Assembly (NCBI GenBank): GCA_003164215.1
Contig: PLSR01000003.1
Coordinates: forward strand, 28,892-92,891
DNA: 64,000 nucleotides
Direction of reading: 5' to 3'
Source of the DNA: Candidatus Kaiserbacteria bacterium
Lineage (GTDB): Bacteria; Patescibacteriota; Minisyncoccia; Phycocordibacterales; UBA2100
Positions 48,537 through 61,816 of this stretch are shown piece by piece (the first letter of the stretch is position 1; every line of letters begins with the position of its first letter). The notes under the pieces are model-generated. The model searched no databases. It had not been told where the DNA came from and worked only from the letters and a program-made list of their open reading frames with translations. Both the position numbers and the translations under genes were made by a program.

Positions 48537-48772
48537 ATTAGTTTATCTTTAAGAAAACGACGGCCTGCGGCCGATTTGAAATACAACTCTCGTTTTCTTG
48601 CCTGCTCAAAGGTATCAAAATTCTCCGTATATGCAACAACGAAATCTTTCATTCTCGAGGTAGTTCGCGTGTGGCCGCTTCGGTGATCCTTCAAACGTTG
48701 CTGAAGATCGGATGTCATCCCTTTATATAATTTACCATCAACATCTTTTAAAACGTACGTGGTGAATTTCAT
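48527..48772 (-). CDS. GIY-YIG nuclease family protein (YhbQ/UPF0213-like)
   Basis: ORF trimmed to MKFTTYVL...; GIY-YIG core (YVLKDVDGKLYKGMTSDL...R...H); last 10 nt including the stop overlap the 5' end of tRNA-Ala. Confidence 0.65.
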   Translation of the reverse strand: MKFTTYVLKDVDGKLYKGMTSDLQQRLKDHRSGHTRTTSRMKDFVVAYTENFDTFEQARKRELYFKSAAGRRFLKDKLMGR

Positions 48773-48830
48773 GCATCGCGCTCCTTGCCCGAATCGAGCT
48801 GTAAGCTCGGGCGGGCCCGCCTGTATGACT

Positions 48831-49805
48831 TTAGCGTCGCTCGCGCGCAAGTCGGATAGCGTGTTCGAGGAATTCGGGGACCGAAGAGCCGACACTTTCG
48901 AGCATCGGCGGGAATGAGGCGCCCTCGTAGAGCCCGGGCACGGAATTGACCTCCAAGAGATACGTCGTGCGCGGCGTTTTGATCATGTCAGCGCGGGAAA
49001 AATGATCCATGCCCAGGGCTTGATGAGCTCTCCTTGCCAGCTCCATGATCTGCGCCTTTTCTTCATGCGTGAAGTGCGACGGGACTTCATGCTGGAGCAG
49101 CGCGTCGTGATGATGGCGATTCTCGATGAATCGCGAGCCGTCGGGGATCTTTTGATACGACGGCGGCAGCGCATAGAGCTCTTCGTTGCGGAAATCTTCG
49201 ATGACACCCGCGCTTACATGCTCACCGCGAATGAATTGTTCAACGAGCGCCGCACCGTATGCATCCAACACGTCGCCGATCGCATCGGGAAGATCGATCA
49301 CACCGTCCACGATCTTGATACCATTCGATGCGCCCTCGCTCGCCGGCTTAACGATATAGGGCGGCCCGAAATTCACGAATGCGGCGCGTGCCATTTCTGC
49401 GGTATCGAGATCGTCGTTCAGAGAAAAGGCAACGAAGCCTGGCATACGGATTCCGGCCTCCTCAAGCAATTCATGCGCACGGACTTTATTCATCGACGAT
49501 GCGGCACCTCGCGCGCCACTGCCCGCGTACGGGACGCCGGTCGTATCGAGGAATCGCTGAACGGTGCCATCCTCGCCCATGCCGCCATGGAGCGCGTTCA
49601 AGACGACATCAACCTGTTGCAATGCACGTGCTGACGGCACCGGCATACCGCGCATGTGCCAGATACCACGCTTGTCGATGAAGATATCGCGTGTGTCGTA
49701 GCGATCTTCCGGAAGACCAGCCAGCATCGCGGCACCCGTTTTGAGCGAAAGATCATATTCGCTCGAAGTTCCTCCGCGCAAGACGCCGACTATCGTGCGT
49801 GCCAT
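48831..49805 (-). CDS. ddl: D-alanine--D-alanine ligase
   Basis: 324 aa; ATP-grasp fold with Ddl N-terminal and C-terminal signatures. Confidence 0.85.
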   Translation of the reverse strand: MARTIVGVLRGGTSSEYDLSLKTGAAMLAGLPEDRYDTRDIFIDKRGIWHMRGMPVPSARALQQVDVVLNALHGGMGEDGTVQRFLDTTGVPYAGSGARGAASSMNKVRAHELLEEAGIRMPGFVAFSLNDDLDTAEMARAAFVNFGPPYIVKPASEGASNGIKIVDGVIDLPDAIGDVLDAYGAALVEQFIRGEHVSAGVIEDFRNEELYALPPSYQKIPDGSRFIENRHHHDALLQHEVPSHFTHEEKAQIMELARRAHQALGMDHFSRADMIKTPRTTYLLEVNSVPGLYEGASFPPMLESVGSSVPEFLEHAIRLARERR

Positions 49806-49877
49806 GGGGGAATTATATCATTAAAGGAACGAGCGCCAGTGGAGGCGCTCGTAGTTTCGGGGCGGACATTGATCTGT

Positions 49878-50174
49878 TCATTTGTCCTTGACATGGATGC
49901 GTGTTCCGCACGTACACACGACATCGCGACCGCTCCAGACAGAGTGGAACGTGTTGCATGTCGGGCAGTCGTACGCGATCCTCCAGTGATCGAGCCACAC
50001 CGTGACCTCATAGCGACGCCGTTCGAGCTGAGCGGACACTTCCTGCCGCGGATGAAGACGGGCATACGTCGTCCGACGATGCCCATCCAGCTGGGCTTTA
50101 TTGAGCGGCTTACCGCCGCAGTTGTTGCAGTGATAGCGATCGCGCGCTCGCGGTGAAAAGGTACATTCCAACAT
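49878..50174 (-). CDS. small Cys-rich zinc-ribbon-like hypothetical protein
   Basis: 98 aa; CNNC ... CPTC ... CTCG cysteine pairs. Confidence 0.35.
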   Translation of the reverse strand: MLECTFSPRARDRYHCNNCGGKPLNKAQLDGHRRTTYARLHPRQEVSAQLERRRYEVTVWLDHWRIAYDCPTCNTFHSVWSGRDVVCTCGTRIHVKDK

Positions 50175-50215
50175 TGGTATCTCCTATTCGTTGGTTGGGA
50201 GTTTATACATTATAT

Positions 50216-51505
50216 TTAATCGCGTGTCAAACTTCGGTCTCGTCGCTTCCGATGCCAGCTGATAGCGAAACGATGCGCTTCGGCGTTGGCGAGCAGGATG
50301 TCGTGCTCGTAGGCTTTAATCGCACGCGAATCCCCTATCAAATGATCCGCCTTATGCGCATCATTTTTCACGACGCCGACGATCGGAATCTCAACGCCTG
50401 CACTTTTCAAGACTCGCTGTGCCGCACGAAGCTGCGCCGTACCGCCATCGACGACAAATACGCGCGGTAGAGGCCATTCGGCGTGCTCTAGGCGGCGTGA
50501 GAGCACCTCCTCGAGTGATGCGACATCGTCGTTGGTCGAGGTTTTGATCTTGAACTTTCGATATGCTTCCTTCAGTGCCATCCCATCGCGGACGACGGTC
50601 ATTACAGCGACAGTCTCCGTGCCGCCAGTGTGCGCCGTGTCATACGCCTCGATACGGCCATTTACCCCGAGTTCACTCGAGGGGCCGCCCGAGGAGATTC
50701 GATTCTCATCGTTCTTGATGAGCGACACATCGCGGATATGTTCAAGCGCTCCGATTTGTCGATGCAGCATCTGTGCATCTTCGAATCGCTCGGCGACAGC
50801 GGCGGCTTTCATCTCACGCGCGAGTTGCCGTTTGAGTCCTTGGAAATTCCCGGAGAAAAGCGCCGTGATATGCGATACGTACCGTGCATATTCTTTCTTG
50901 TCGACTTCCCCACTGCACACACCTGGACAAAGCCCGAGCTGACGGTTGAAACAAGGCTTGCACTTAGATACAAAGATCAGATCTTTGTATTTTTGGGTAT
51001 TTTCAGGGCTACACGGTGTGCACGTGTCGCGAAATGGGAATATCTTGCGTACGATCTTCAGCGCTTCCTTGAGAGACCCACCTTCCGGGAACGGTCCAAA
51101 TAATTTCTTAATATCCTTGTCGTTCCATTTCTGGAAAAGATCTCGCCCGCGCACGATCAAGACACGCGGGAAATCTTCTTTGGTGACGACCAGATAGTTG
51201 AAACTTTTGTTGTCCTTGTCGCGAATGTTGTACGGAGGCTGGTATTGCTTGATGAGATTTGCTTCGAGTATCAACGCCTCGAGAACGGAGCCGGTTTCTG
51301 TCCACGTAAGTGTATGCGCCGTCGCAGCCATCTTCGCAATGGCAGAACTTCGCGTCTCGGCGATATCCAATGCGAAATAACTCCGCACGCGATCGCGCAG
51401 CGATGCAGCTTTACCGATATACAAGATCTCATGCTTGGTGCCACGGAACATGTACACCCCCGGATGATCCGGGAGTTTGAGCGCTGCAAGTTCTTCACGT
51501 GTCAT
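50216..51505 (-). CDS. uvrC: excinuclease ABC subunit C, short form
   Basis: start set to MTREELAALKLPDHPGVYMF; GIY-YIG N-terminal domain and UvrBC-interaction region; only ~429 aa, so a C-terminal HhH/RNaseH-like part is probably missing. Confidence 0.8.
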   Translation of the reverse strand: MTREELAALKLPDHPGVYMFRGTKHEILYIGKAASLRDRVRSYFALDIAETRSSAIAKMAATAHTLTWTETGSVLEALILEANLIKQYQPPYNIRDKDNKSFNYLVVTKEDFPRVLIVRGRDLFQKWNDKDIKKLFGPFPEGGSLKEALKIVRKIFPFRDTCTPCSPENTQKYKDLIFVSKCKPCFNRQLGLCPGVCSGEVDKKEYARYVSHITALFSGNFQGLKRQLAREMKAAAVAERFEDAQMLHRQIGALEHIRDVSLIKNDENRISSGGPSSELGVNGRIEAYDTAHTGGTETVAVMTVVRDGMALKEAYRKFKIKTSTNDDVASLEEVLSRRLEHAEWPLPRVFVVDGGTAQLRAAQRVLKSAGVEIPIVGVVKNDAHKADHLIGDSRAIKAYEHDILLANAEAHRFAISWHRKRRDRSLTRD

Positions 51506-51576
51506 CAGGCAACAATATACAAATATCGAAAGTATGCAAAAGAAGTCGCCGCGATCCATGGGATCGCGGCTTTGAC

Positions 51577-51882
51577 TTATGCGGAGATCTCTGATGCCCG
51601 CTTCTCGGCATAGAACTTCGTTCGTGAGCCCGTCCGTGCCATGCGCGCGATCGTGACCCAACACAGGCTCGATCTGGTCGCCCCGCGAAGGAAATTCTTA
51701 AGCTTCCGGTCCAGCGCACCCTGCGGTGTAAGAATGTTGGCCACAAACGCGACCGCCCCGTCATCGATTGGCAACGCAACGGACTTGCCGATCTGCGCGA
51801 GAAGTCGATTTTCGATGGCGGCATTGTCCGCTCCCGACGCCATTGCCTCGACGAGATTCGCTTCGGTTATGCGATTTTCCAT
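51577..51882 (-). CDS. hypothetical small protein
   Basis: 101 aa ORF occupying the uvrA-uvrC gap on the same strand; no recognised motif. Confidence 0.3.
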   Translation of the reverse strand: MENRITEANLVEAMASGADNAAIENRLLAQIGKSVALPIDDGAVAFVANILTPQGALDRKLKNFLRGATRSSLCWVTIARMARTGSRTKFYAEKRASEISA

Positions 51883-51962
51883 TGCAACCCCCTAGGAACA
51901 CACTAAAAATATATTGTCCCACGCAAATATATCGTCCGAAGCGTCTTTCTATGGGGACAAGC

Positions 51963-54620
51963 CTATTTCTTGGCTCGTTTTAAGACTCGTTTCAGGTAGT
52001 AGCCAGTGTGCGATCCATCGGTCTTCGAAACTTCTTCGGGTGTGCCCTTCGCGACGATCTTGCCGCCGCGCGCGCCGCCTTCAGGGCCCATGTCGATGAT
52101 GTAATCCGCACATTTGAGGACGTCGAGATTATGTTCGATGACGATCACCGTATTACCTCGTTCGACGAGCTTCTGCAAAATGTCGATCAGCTTGTTCACG
52201 TCGTCATAATGCAAACCGACCGTCGGCTCATCGAGAAGATAGACGGTCTTCGTCATGAGCGGTCGGTATAATTCCGACGCGATCTTCACGCGCTGTGCTT
52301 CGCCGCCGGAAAGTGTCGTCGCGCTCTGTCCGAGCTCGAGATAGCCAAGACCAACGTCAGCAAGTGATTTCAAGCGGTCGGTCACCGCCGGTATATCTTC
52401 GAAAAAGTCGATCGCTTGTTCGACCGTCATCGTCAGCACTTCGTAAATATTCTTCTTCTTGTATTTGACATCGAGCGTTTCCTTCATAAATCGCTTGCCG
52501 TTGCAGACATCGCAGGTCACATAAACCGTCGGCAGGAAGTGCATTTCGACAGCGACGAGCCCGTTGCCCTGGCACGCCTCACAGCGCCCGCCCTTCACAT
52601 TGAATGAAAATCTGCCCGGTCCCCAGCCTCGCGCGCGTGCTTCCTCGCTCATCGCAAACATGTCACGAATGTGCGTCCAGGCACCCGTGTAGGTCGCCGG
52701 ATTCGAGCGTGGCGTGCGACCGATCGGCGATTGATCAATGAGAATGGAGCGTCCGAGATATTCGGTGCCGCTGAATTCCTTACAGTTGTAAATTTTTGCC
52801 GTACGGAAGCGTTTGTCGAATTTTGCGAGCAAGTTGCGATGCAAAACTTCGTAGAGAAATGTTGATTTTCCAGAACCGGAGACGCCGGTGATGCAGACGA
52901 GTTTAGAAAGCGGCACGTCAACGTTCAGATCTTTCATATTGAACTTGCTTGCCCCGCGTATCTTGATCTTGCCGCGGTCGGCGGTGCGGCGTTTCTCCGG
53001 GATCTCAATAGCCGTTTCCTCACGTAAATATGACAGCGTACGTGAACCCGATTTGTTGGTCTTTGCAGTAAGCAGATCTTCGAGCCAACCGGAAGCGACG
53101 ATATTGCCACCGTGCACGCCCGCGCCCGGACCGATATCAACGATATAGTCCGACGCATAGATCGTGTCCTCGTCGTGCTCGACGACGATGACGGTGTTCC
53201 CCAGGTCTCGCAGGTGCTTCAGGGTCTCGATAAGCTTGTCGTTATCGCGTTGATGTAAGCCGATCGTCGGTTCATCGAGCACGTACAGTGCTCCGACAAG
53301 GCCTGAACCGAGCTGTGATGCCAGACGGATACGCTGCGCCTCTCCGCCCGAGAGTGTATTTGCTTTGCGGTCGAGCGTCAGATATTCGATTCCGACATTG
53401 AGCATGAATTGCAGGCGCGACGTGATCTCTTTGTTGATGCCGCGCGATATGTCGGTTTCTTTGGCCGAAAGTTTGAGATGATCGAAAAACGATTGCGCAT
53501 TTTCGATCGACAGCGAGGAAAGACTCACGATGTTCATGCCCGTTGCTGGACCTTTATGATCCGCTGGCTCTTTAACGGGGCCCAGAAATACGTTCAACGC
53601 TTCGGGTCGCAGACGCGCACCTTTGCAGACCGGGCACTCTTCATCACTAAAGAGATAGAGCGTGCCGAGGCCTTTGCATTCGGGACAAGCACCATACGGA
53701 CTATTGAATGAGAAAAGGCGCGGCTCGACTTCGGGAAATGAAAAGCCATCATACGGGCACATAAATTTCGCCGAGACGATGTGCGGCGCACCTGCTGCGT
53801 CAGTGATCTTGACCAAACCTTCCGATTCGTGGAGCGCGCGCTCGATCGCCTCGCTCGCACGCTCTCGGGCAGCCTTTGAATCGTCGACGAATTCCGAGAC
53901 AAAGATCTCATCAACAATCACATCGATATCATGCCGATCATTCTTCTCAAGGATGATACGTTCGCGCAGTGATTTTTCCTCGCCGTCAATGACGACTTTC
54001 TCGTAGCCCTTGTTCAAGAGATCATAGAGCAACTGGTAGTACTCGCCTTTGCGACCAACGACGATCGGCGAACTGATGCGGATCTTCGCGTCCGTAACTC
54101 CAGCGATCAAGGTCTGACCTTTCGATTTCCCCAAGGTCGGCCCTTTTGACTTTCGGGCCTTTTCAACGATATCAAGAACAGATGCGAGTATTTCTTCGTT
54201 CGATTGTTTCTTCACTTCCCTGCCGCATTCCGGACAATGCGGATGACCGATACGCGCATAGAGGACACGCAGGTAGTCATAGATCTCGGTGATCGTCGCA
54301 ACGGTCGAACGCGGGTTGTTGGAACGCGATTTTTGATCAATAGAAATTGCGGGCGAAAGGCCGGTGATCTCGTCGACATCGGGCTTCTGCATTTGCCGCA
54401 AGAATTGCCGCGCATAGGCGGAAAGCGACTCGACATATTTGCGCTGACCTTCGGCGAAGATCGTATCGAACGCGAGCGATGACTTCCCCGAACCCGAAAG
54501 TCCGGTGAATACCACCATTTTATTGCGCGGGATCTCCACGTTCACGTTCTTCAAGTTGTGCGTCCGCGCGCCCTTGATGACGATCTTGCCAGCGTCGAAG
54601 TTTTTTGATTTATCATCCAT
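51963..54620 (-). CDS. uvrA: excinuclease ABC subunit A
   Basis: start set to [25 protein letters not shown]; two ABC ATPase modules with Walker [10 protein letters not shown] and GVSGSGKST and zinc-finger inserts. Confidence 0.9.
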   Translation of the reverse strand: MDDKSKNFDAGKIVIKGARTHNLKNVNVEIPRNKMVVFTGLSGSGKSSLAFDTIFAEGQRKYVESLSAYARQFLRQMQKPDVDEITGLSPAISIDQKSRSNNPRSTVATITEIYDYLRVLYARIGHPHCPECGREVKKQSNEEILASVLDIVEKARKSKGPTLGKSKGQTLIAGVTDAKIRISSPIVVGRKGEYYQLLYDLLNKGYEKVVIDGEEKSLRERIILEKNDRHDIDVIVDEIFVSEFVDDSKAARERASEAIERALHESEGLVKITDAAGAPHIVSAKFMCPYDGFSFPEVEPRLFSFNSPYGACPECKGLGTLYLFSDEECPVCKGARLRPEALNVFLGPVKEPADHKGPATGMNIVSLSSLSIENAQSFFDHLKLSAKETDISRGINKEITSRLQFMLNVGIEYLTLDRKANTLSGGEAQRIRLASQLGSGLVGALYVLDEPTIGLHQRDNDKLIETLKHLRDLGNTVIVVEHDEDTIYASDYIVDIGPGAGVHGGNIVASGWLEDLLTAKTNKSGSRTLSYLREETAIEIPEKRRTADRGKIKIRGASKFNMKDLNVDVPLSKLVCITGVSGSGKSTFLYEVLHRNLLAKFDKRFRTAKIYNCKEFSGTEYLGRSILIDQSPIGRTPRSNPATYTGAWTHIRDMFAMSEEARARGWGPGRFSFNVKGGRCEACQGNGLVAVEMHFLPTVYVTCDVCNGKRFMKETLDVKYKKKNIYEVLTMTVEQAIDFFEDIPAVTDRLKSLADVGLGYLELGQSATTLSGGEAQRVKIASELYRPLMTKTVYLLDEPTVGLHYDDVNKLIDILQKLVERGNTVIVIEHNLDVLKCADYIIDMGPEGGARGGKIVAKGTPEEVSKTDGSHTGYYLKRVLKRAKK

Positions 54621-54758
54621 ATGTATACGTATTTTCCACTTAGAAACTCGGCTCTCAAGTACTTTCGTCCACACCAACTCCGACCCCCGCTTTGCACTAG
54701 GGGTTGGCTTGTCCCGAGGGAGCTCGCTCCTTTTCGGGGTATGGGCACTATACCATAG

Positions 54759-55685
54759 TCAGAAAATCGCCGCTTCTTCTGTCAGGGTGACGCCGAATTT
54801 CTCATGCACGGCGATCTTGATCTCCATCGCAAGATTGCGAACGTCATCTGCCGTCGCATTGCCGGTATTCACGATGTAATTAGGATGCTGGAGGCTCGCC
54901 ATCGCATCGCCGACTTTTGCTCCTTTCATGCCGGATTTTTCGATAAGCCAACCGGCGGGCACGCGGCCTTCGCGCGCCGTCGTATTCTTTTCTTGTTCGA
55001 ACATTTCTTGCACGTGCCGCGGAGCTCGAGGATTCATAAAAAAAGAGCCGGCAGCTTTGACATTCTGCAGATGGCGTTTCTCGCGCTCGGCAATCGTTCG
55101 TTCAATCAGATTCAGACTTTCTTCACGATCAACACCTCTAAGATTCATAAACTCCGCATCCGTGATAATCCATTCAGGATGATCTTTAAAATAGGAGTGT
55201 CGATAGGCAAAATTACATTCCGCGTTCGTGAATTCTTTGATTTCTTCAGTATTTGCATTTACAGCCCGGACAAGAGTGACAAAATCTTTGATTTCGGAAC
55301 CGAAAGCTCCTGCATTACCACGTATTGCACCACCAACACTTCCAGGGATTCCTGCAAGTTTCTCCCACCCACCAAGTGTCGCATCTGACGCACCTCTGAT
55401 TGTTGAAAGTAAATTCACTCCCGCACAAACCCCGTTATCTCCGCCCCCAAAGTCATAACCTTCAAGTAATATATGAACAACAAGCGCATCGATTCCGCTA
55501 TCGGACACCAAAACATTACTCCCACCTCCAAGCACAACTAGCTCGATATCTCTGGTTTTACTCCATGAAATGGCTTCGCGGATTTCTGAAATTGATTTTA
55601 CATCGACAAAGTATTTCGCCTTTCCACCGATCTTGAATGTCGTAAGTAGTGCGAGCGGAACATCTTGTCGAATATCCAATGTCAT
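54759..55685 (-). CDS. murB: UDP-N-acetylenolpyruvoylglucosamine reductase
   Basis: start set to [21 protein letters not shown]; FAD-binding PCMH domain and MurB C-terminal domain. Confidence 0.85.
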   Translation of the reverse strand: MTLDIRQDVPLALLTTFKIGGKAKYFVDVKSISEIREAISWSKTRDIELVVLGGGSNVLVSDSGIDALVVHILLEGYDFGGGDNGVCAGVNLLSTIRGASDATLGGWEKLAGIPGSVGGAIRGNAGAFGSEIKDFVTLVRAVNANTEEIKEFTNAECNFAYRHSYFKDHPEWIITDAEFMNLRGVDREESLNLIERTIAEREKRHLQNVKAAGSFFMNPRAPRHVQEMFEQEKNTTAREGRVPAGWLIEKSGMKGAKVGDAMASLQHPNYIVNTGNATADDVRNLAMEIKIAVHEKFGVTLTEEAAIF

Positions 55686-55689
55686 ATCG

Positions 55690-57774
55690 TTACTCTTTGA
55701 GTTTCGCCTTTTTCTTCGCCGCCGGATCTTTCGGCGGATTTTCAAGGCGTGAAATTTCATCGCGCAGTAGGGCGGCGGTTTCGAAGTCGAGGGCATCAGC
55801 CGCCTTATGCATTTCCTGGCGTTTCTCTTTGATCAATTTCTTTACATCGCCACCATATGCCGCAACGTCGGTCTGCGCCAGGTCGGATACCGCGCGCGTG
55901 CGTGCCTTTTGAATATCGCCGACGATGTCGTGAATGCGTTTGATGATCGTTTGCGGAGTAATGCCATGTGCCTTGTTGTATGCGATCTGTATATCGCGAC
56001 GACGATTCGTTTCGCCAACGGCACGGTCAAGTGAGCCCGTCATATGATCTGCATACAGAATGACGCGTCCTTCGACGTTGCGTGCCGCACGTCCAATAGT
56101 TTGAATGAGGGACGTCTCACTACGAAGGAATCCTTCTTTGTCCGCGTCGAGAATTCCCACAAGCTCGACTTCGGGAAGATCGAGTCCTTCGCGCAAGAGG
56201 TTCACGCCCACAAGCACATCGAATTCCCCACGACGAAATGCGGTAAGGATCTCGATACGTTCGATCGTTTTGATGTCGCTGTGAATGTATTTGGCGCGGA
56301 TCTGTTTTTCGACCAGGAATTGGGCAAGGTCTTCAGCCATCTTTTTGGTGAGCACCGTTACCATACTTCGTGCTCCGCGTGCCGTGACCTTTTCTGCCTC
56401 CGTAATGAAATCTTTGACCTGCCCCGGGTACGGATTCCCAAAGGTCTGACCTTGGGCTCCCTTAAGGTCGGACCTTGAGGAATCCGCCGACCCACTTACC
56501 ACCGGCCGGATAACGATCTCCGGATCAACGAGACCCGTCGGACGAATAACTTGCGAGATCGGTTCGCCGCTGCGCTCAAGTTCAAATGTGCCGGGTGTTG
56601 CTGATGTATAGATCGTCTGCCCGTGGCGCTTTTGGAATTCATCGAATTTGAGCGGACGATTGTCCAATGCACTTGGAAGTCGAAAACCATATTGTATGAG
56701 CGTCTCTTTGCGGGCACGATCGCCCGCGTACATCCCGCCAATCTGCGGGATCGTCACGTGCGATTCATCAATAACGGTAAGGAAATCCTTCGGAAAATAA
56801 CTCAAAAGTGTATAAGGTGGTTCGCCGGGTTTTCTTCGATCGAAATGGCGAGAATAATTCTCGATACCGTTGCAATAGCCGAACTCCTTGATCATCGAAA
56901 TATCTTGTCGTACGCGGCGCTTGAGGCGCTCATGCTCGATCACTTTGTCAGGGCCCTCCAATTGCTTCAACCGTTCGGCAAGCTCCTGTTCGATATCGGC
57001 GACCGCCGCATCTTGAACGTCTTTCGGCGTAACATAATGCTTTGCGGGAAAGAAGAATACTGAATCGACAGATCGCTCAATGACGCGTGTGATCGCGTTG
57101 ATCTCCTCGATCTTCGTGACTTTACCACCCATGAGATCAATGCGGTGAATGACGCGTTCATTCGCCGGCATGACTTCAATGGTCGAACCGAGTGCACGAA
57201 AGGTGCCTGGCGAAAGATCCCCTGCAACCCGCTCGAAATACATGCCGATCAGTTTTCGCGTGAGCGCGGCACGCGTCATCGCCTCTCCTTTTGCAATTTT
57301 CAAATTCACCTTTTGATATTCAATCGGGCTACCGAGTCCATAGATGCACGAGACCGACGCGACGACAATAACGTCATCGCGCGAAAGCAGAGCTTGTGTC
57401 GCTGCATGTCGCAGACGTTCGATGTCTTCGTTCACCATCGCTTCCTTCTCGATGAACGTGTCCGTTACCGGCATATATGCCTCCGGCTGATAGTAGTCGT
57501 AGTACGAAACGAAATAGTGCACAGCCGCATCTGGAAAGAACTCGCGATATTCGGCAGCGAGTTGTGCGGCGAGCGTCTTATTGTGTGCGATGACCAAGGT
57601 CGGCTTCTGCCATTGTTCAATGACATTCGCGATCGTGAACGTTTTACCCGAGCCCGTCACGCCCAAAAGCGTCTGGTCGCGCGTACCCGATTTAAGCCCA
57701 TTAACTAAGGACGTTATCGCCTTCGGCTGATCCCCCGCCGGTGTATAGTCCGATTTGATCTTGAACTGCGCCAT
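55690..57774 (-). CDS. uvrB: excinuclease ABC subunit B (carries an in-frame ~24-aa insertion encoded by a palindromic repeat)
   Basis: 694 aa; helicase motifs (GVTGSGKT, DESH), beta-hairpin, UVR C-terminal domain; insertion VSGSADSSRSDLKGAQGQTFGNPYP relative to canonical ..RPV-(A/E)-GQ(V/I)DDL.. Confidence 0.9.
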   Translation of the reverse strand: MAQFKIKSDYTPAGDQPKAITSLVNGLKSGTRDQTLLGVTGSGKTFTIANVIEQWQKPTLVIAHNKTLAAQLAAEYREFFPDAAVHYFVSYYDYYQPEAYMPVTDTFIEKEAMVNEDIERLRHAATQALLSRDDVIVVASVSCIYGLGSPIEYQKVNLKIAKGEAMTRAALTRKLIGMYFERVAGDLSPGTFRALGSTIEVMPANERVIHRIDLMGGKVTKIEEINAITRVIERSVDSVFFFPAKHYVTPKDVQDAAVADIEQELAERLKQLEGPDKVIEHERLKRRVRQDISMIKEFGYCNGIENYSRHFDRRKPGEPPYTLLSYFPKDFLTVIDESHVTIPQIGGMYAGDRARKETLIQYGFRLPSALDNRPLKFDEFQKRHGQTIYTSATPGTFELERSGEPISQVIRPTGLVDPEIVIRPVVSGSADSSRSDLKGAQGQTFGNPYPGQVKDFITEAEKVTARGARSMVTVLTKKMAEDLAQFLVEKQIRAKYIHSDIKTIERIEILTAFRRGEFDVLVGVNLLREGLDLPEVELVGILDADKEGFLRSETSLIQTIGRAARNVEGRVILYADHMTGSLDRAVGETNRRRDIQIAYNKAHGITPQTIIKRIHDIVGDIQKARTRAVSDLAQTDVAAYGGDVKKLIKEKRQEMHKAADALDFETAALLRDEISRLENPPKDPAAKKKAKLKE
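56430..56486. repeat. palindromic repeat element inside the uvrB coding sequence
   Basis: GGATTCC..GACCTTGG-GCTC-CCTTAAGGTC..GGAATCC imperfect palindrome; same family as 35341-35396. Confidence 0.55.
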
Positions 57775-57819
57775 GGAGACTACTGTAGCAGGATTGCGCG
57801 AATATATAAATCTCGACGT

Positions 57820-60325
<2,506 letters not shown>

Positions 60326-60373
60326 GACGTGAAATATAGCACCTGCCTTCGCCCAAGGCTACGGGCGGACGGG

Positions 60374-60406
60374 TAAAAAAGAGACCGCCATGTCGCCACG
60401 GCGGCC
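60374..60406 (-). terminator. intrinsic terminator/attenuator hairpin 50 nt upstream of tyrS and 127 nt downstream of cfa
   Basis: minus-strand GGCCGCC-GUGGCGACAU-GGCGGUC followed by UCUCUUUUUU. Confidence 0.45.
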
Positions 60407-60532
60407 TGAGTCTAGGGAGGAAACGCCCAAGGAGGGCATATGCGGCAGGTCATGCCACACCTCCTTCACCGTAGCAGTTCATCCAAATTTGTCTATGTGC
60501 GAGAGGTGTGGATAACATAAACCCCCATCGTG

Positions 60533-61648
60533 CTAACGAACTGCTGTATACCGCTCTCGCGCTCCTACCTTGGTGAATACGATCTGCCATAGTTGTAGAT
60601 TGCGGACTCGGAAGGAAGCTGCGCTTGACAGCAGATAATATTTCCACATGCGATAGAAACGATCGTCGTAACTGCTTTTGACAGAATCCCAATTCGTATC
60701 GAAGTTGGAGAACCAAGCCATAAGGGTCGTGTCATAATCCGGACCGAAGTTGTGCCAATCTTCCATAGAGAAAAGATCACCCGCCGCACGTCCAATCTGT
60801 TCGATCGATGGAACGAGCCCGTTGGGGAAAATGTATTTTTCGATCCAGGGGTCGGTGCCATAGGTCGACTTATTACCGCCGATCGTATGTAAAAGAAAAT
60901 ACCCGTCTCTTTTCAAGAGCGCATGTACCTTCTCCATATAGGAACGGTAATTCTTATAGCCAACATGTTCGAACATGCCGATCGAGATCACATGGTCATA
61001 CGCGCCTTCGTGCTCGTGATAATCCTGGAGAAGCGTCTCGATCGGTAAACCTCTCCGGTGTTCGTCGGCATACGCCTTCTGTGCGCGCGACACGGTGAGC
61101 CCTGTGCCGGATGCATCATACCGCTCTGCGGCGAACCGCAAGAAACTTCCCCATCCGGATCCGATATCGAGAATGTGCTGCCCCTTTTCCAATCCGATCT
61201 TTCTACACACTAAGTCGAGCTTCGCTTCCTGTGCCTCGTCAAGTGTCGTCGCGTTATTCCAATAGCCGCACGAGTAGACGAGCCGCTCGCCGAGCATTGC
61301 CGCATAGAGATCGTTGCCGATGTCATAGTGACGCTCACCGACCTCGAACGCGTGTCGTTTCTGCAGATTGATGATCCGTGCACGTAGATAGTGCCAGATG
61401 ACGGCGGGATTGATCCCGACCTTTTGTTCCAGATTACCGCTCAAGATCTTTGCGATAAGTTCATCGACGCGCTCCGCATCCCACCAGCCATCCATGTACG
61501 ACTCACCGAAACCCAGGGTCCCGCTTGCAAGCACCCGATCATAAAAGCGCGCATCGTGGACCTGAATATCCCACGTTCGATTACCGTTCACTTCAATGCC
61601 CGCCTTCGCGAAGGCGTCTCTGAATATTCGCTCCGTTTTTGCGGTCAC
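60533..61648 (-). CDS. cfa: cyclopropane-fatty-acyl-phospholipid synthase
   Basis: 371 aa; SAM-binding motif ILDIGSGWG and CFA-synthase C-terminal region. Confidence 0.8.
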   Translation of the reverse strand: MTAKTERIFRDAFAKAGIEVNGNRTWDIQVHDARFYDRVLASGTLGFGESYMDGWWDAERVDELIAKILSGNLEQKVGINPAVIWHYLRARIINLQKRHAFEVGERHYDIGNDLYAAMLGERLVYSCGYWNNATTLDEAQEAKLDLVCRKIGLEKGQHILDIGSGWGSFLRFAAERYDASGTGLTVSRAQKAYADEHRRGLPIETLLQDYHEHEGAYDHVISIGMFEHVGYKNYRSYMEKVHALLKRDGYFLLHTIGGNKSTYGTDPWIEKYIFPNGLVPSIEQIGRAAGDLFSMEDWHNFGPDYDTTLMAWFSNFDTNWDSVKSSYDDRFYRMWKYYLLSSAASFRVRNLQLWQIVFTKVGARERYTAVR

Positions 61649-61816
61649 AGCGCGGTCATTCTAGGCATCATTCGTGAAGGGATCGTGAGCAGAAGTAACG
61701 AAGGTATTCGTCTTCATGAAAGCTTAATCATCGATTTGGCATGATGTAGGCATGCAAAGGGTCGATCGGTTTTCATTTGGTACGTCTATTAATCTAATTT
61801 CTTCACAACATCCTGT

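Noticed and set aside
60326-60532. Confident T-box riboswitch call for the tyrS leader
   Set aside because: I could not locate the conserved T-box core (AGGGUGGNACCGCG) or a clear stem I with a UAC specifier. The terminator can be explained as the cfa terminator. It is kept only as a low-confidence hypothesis.
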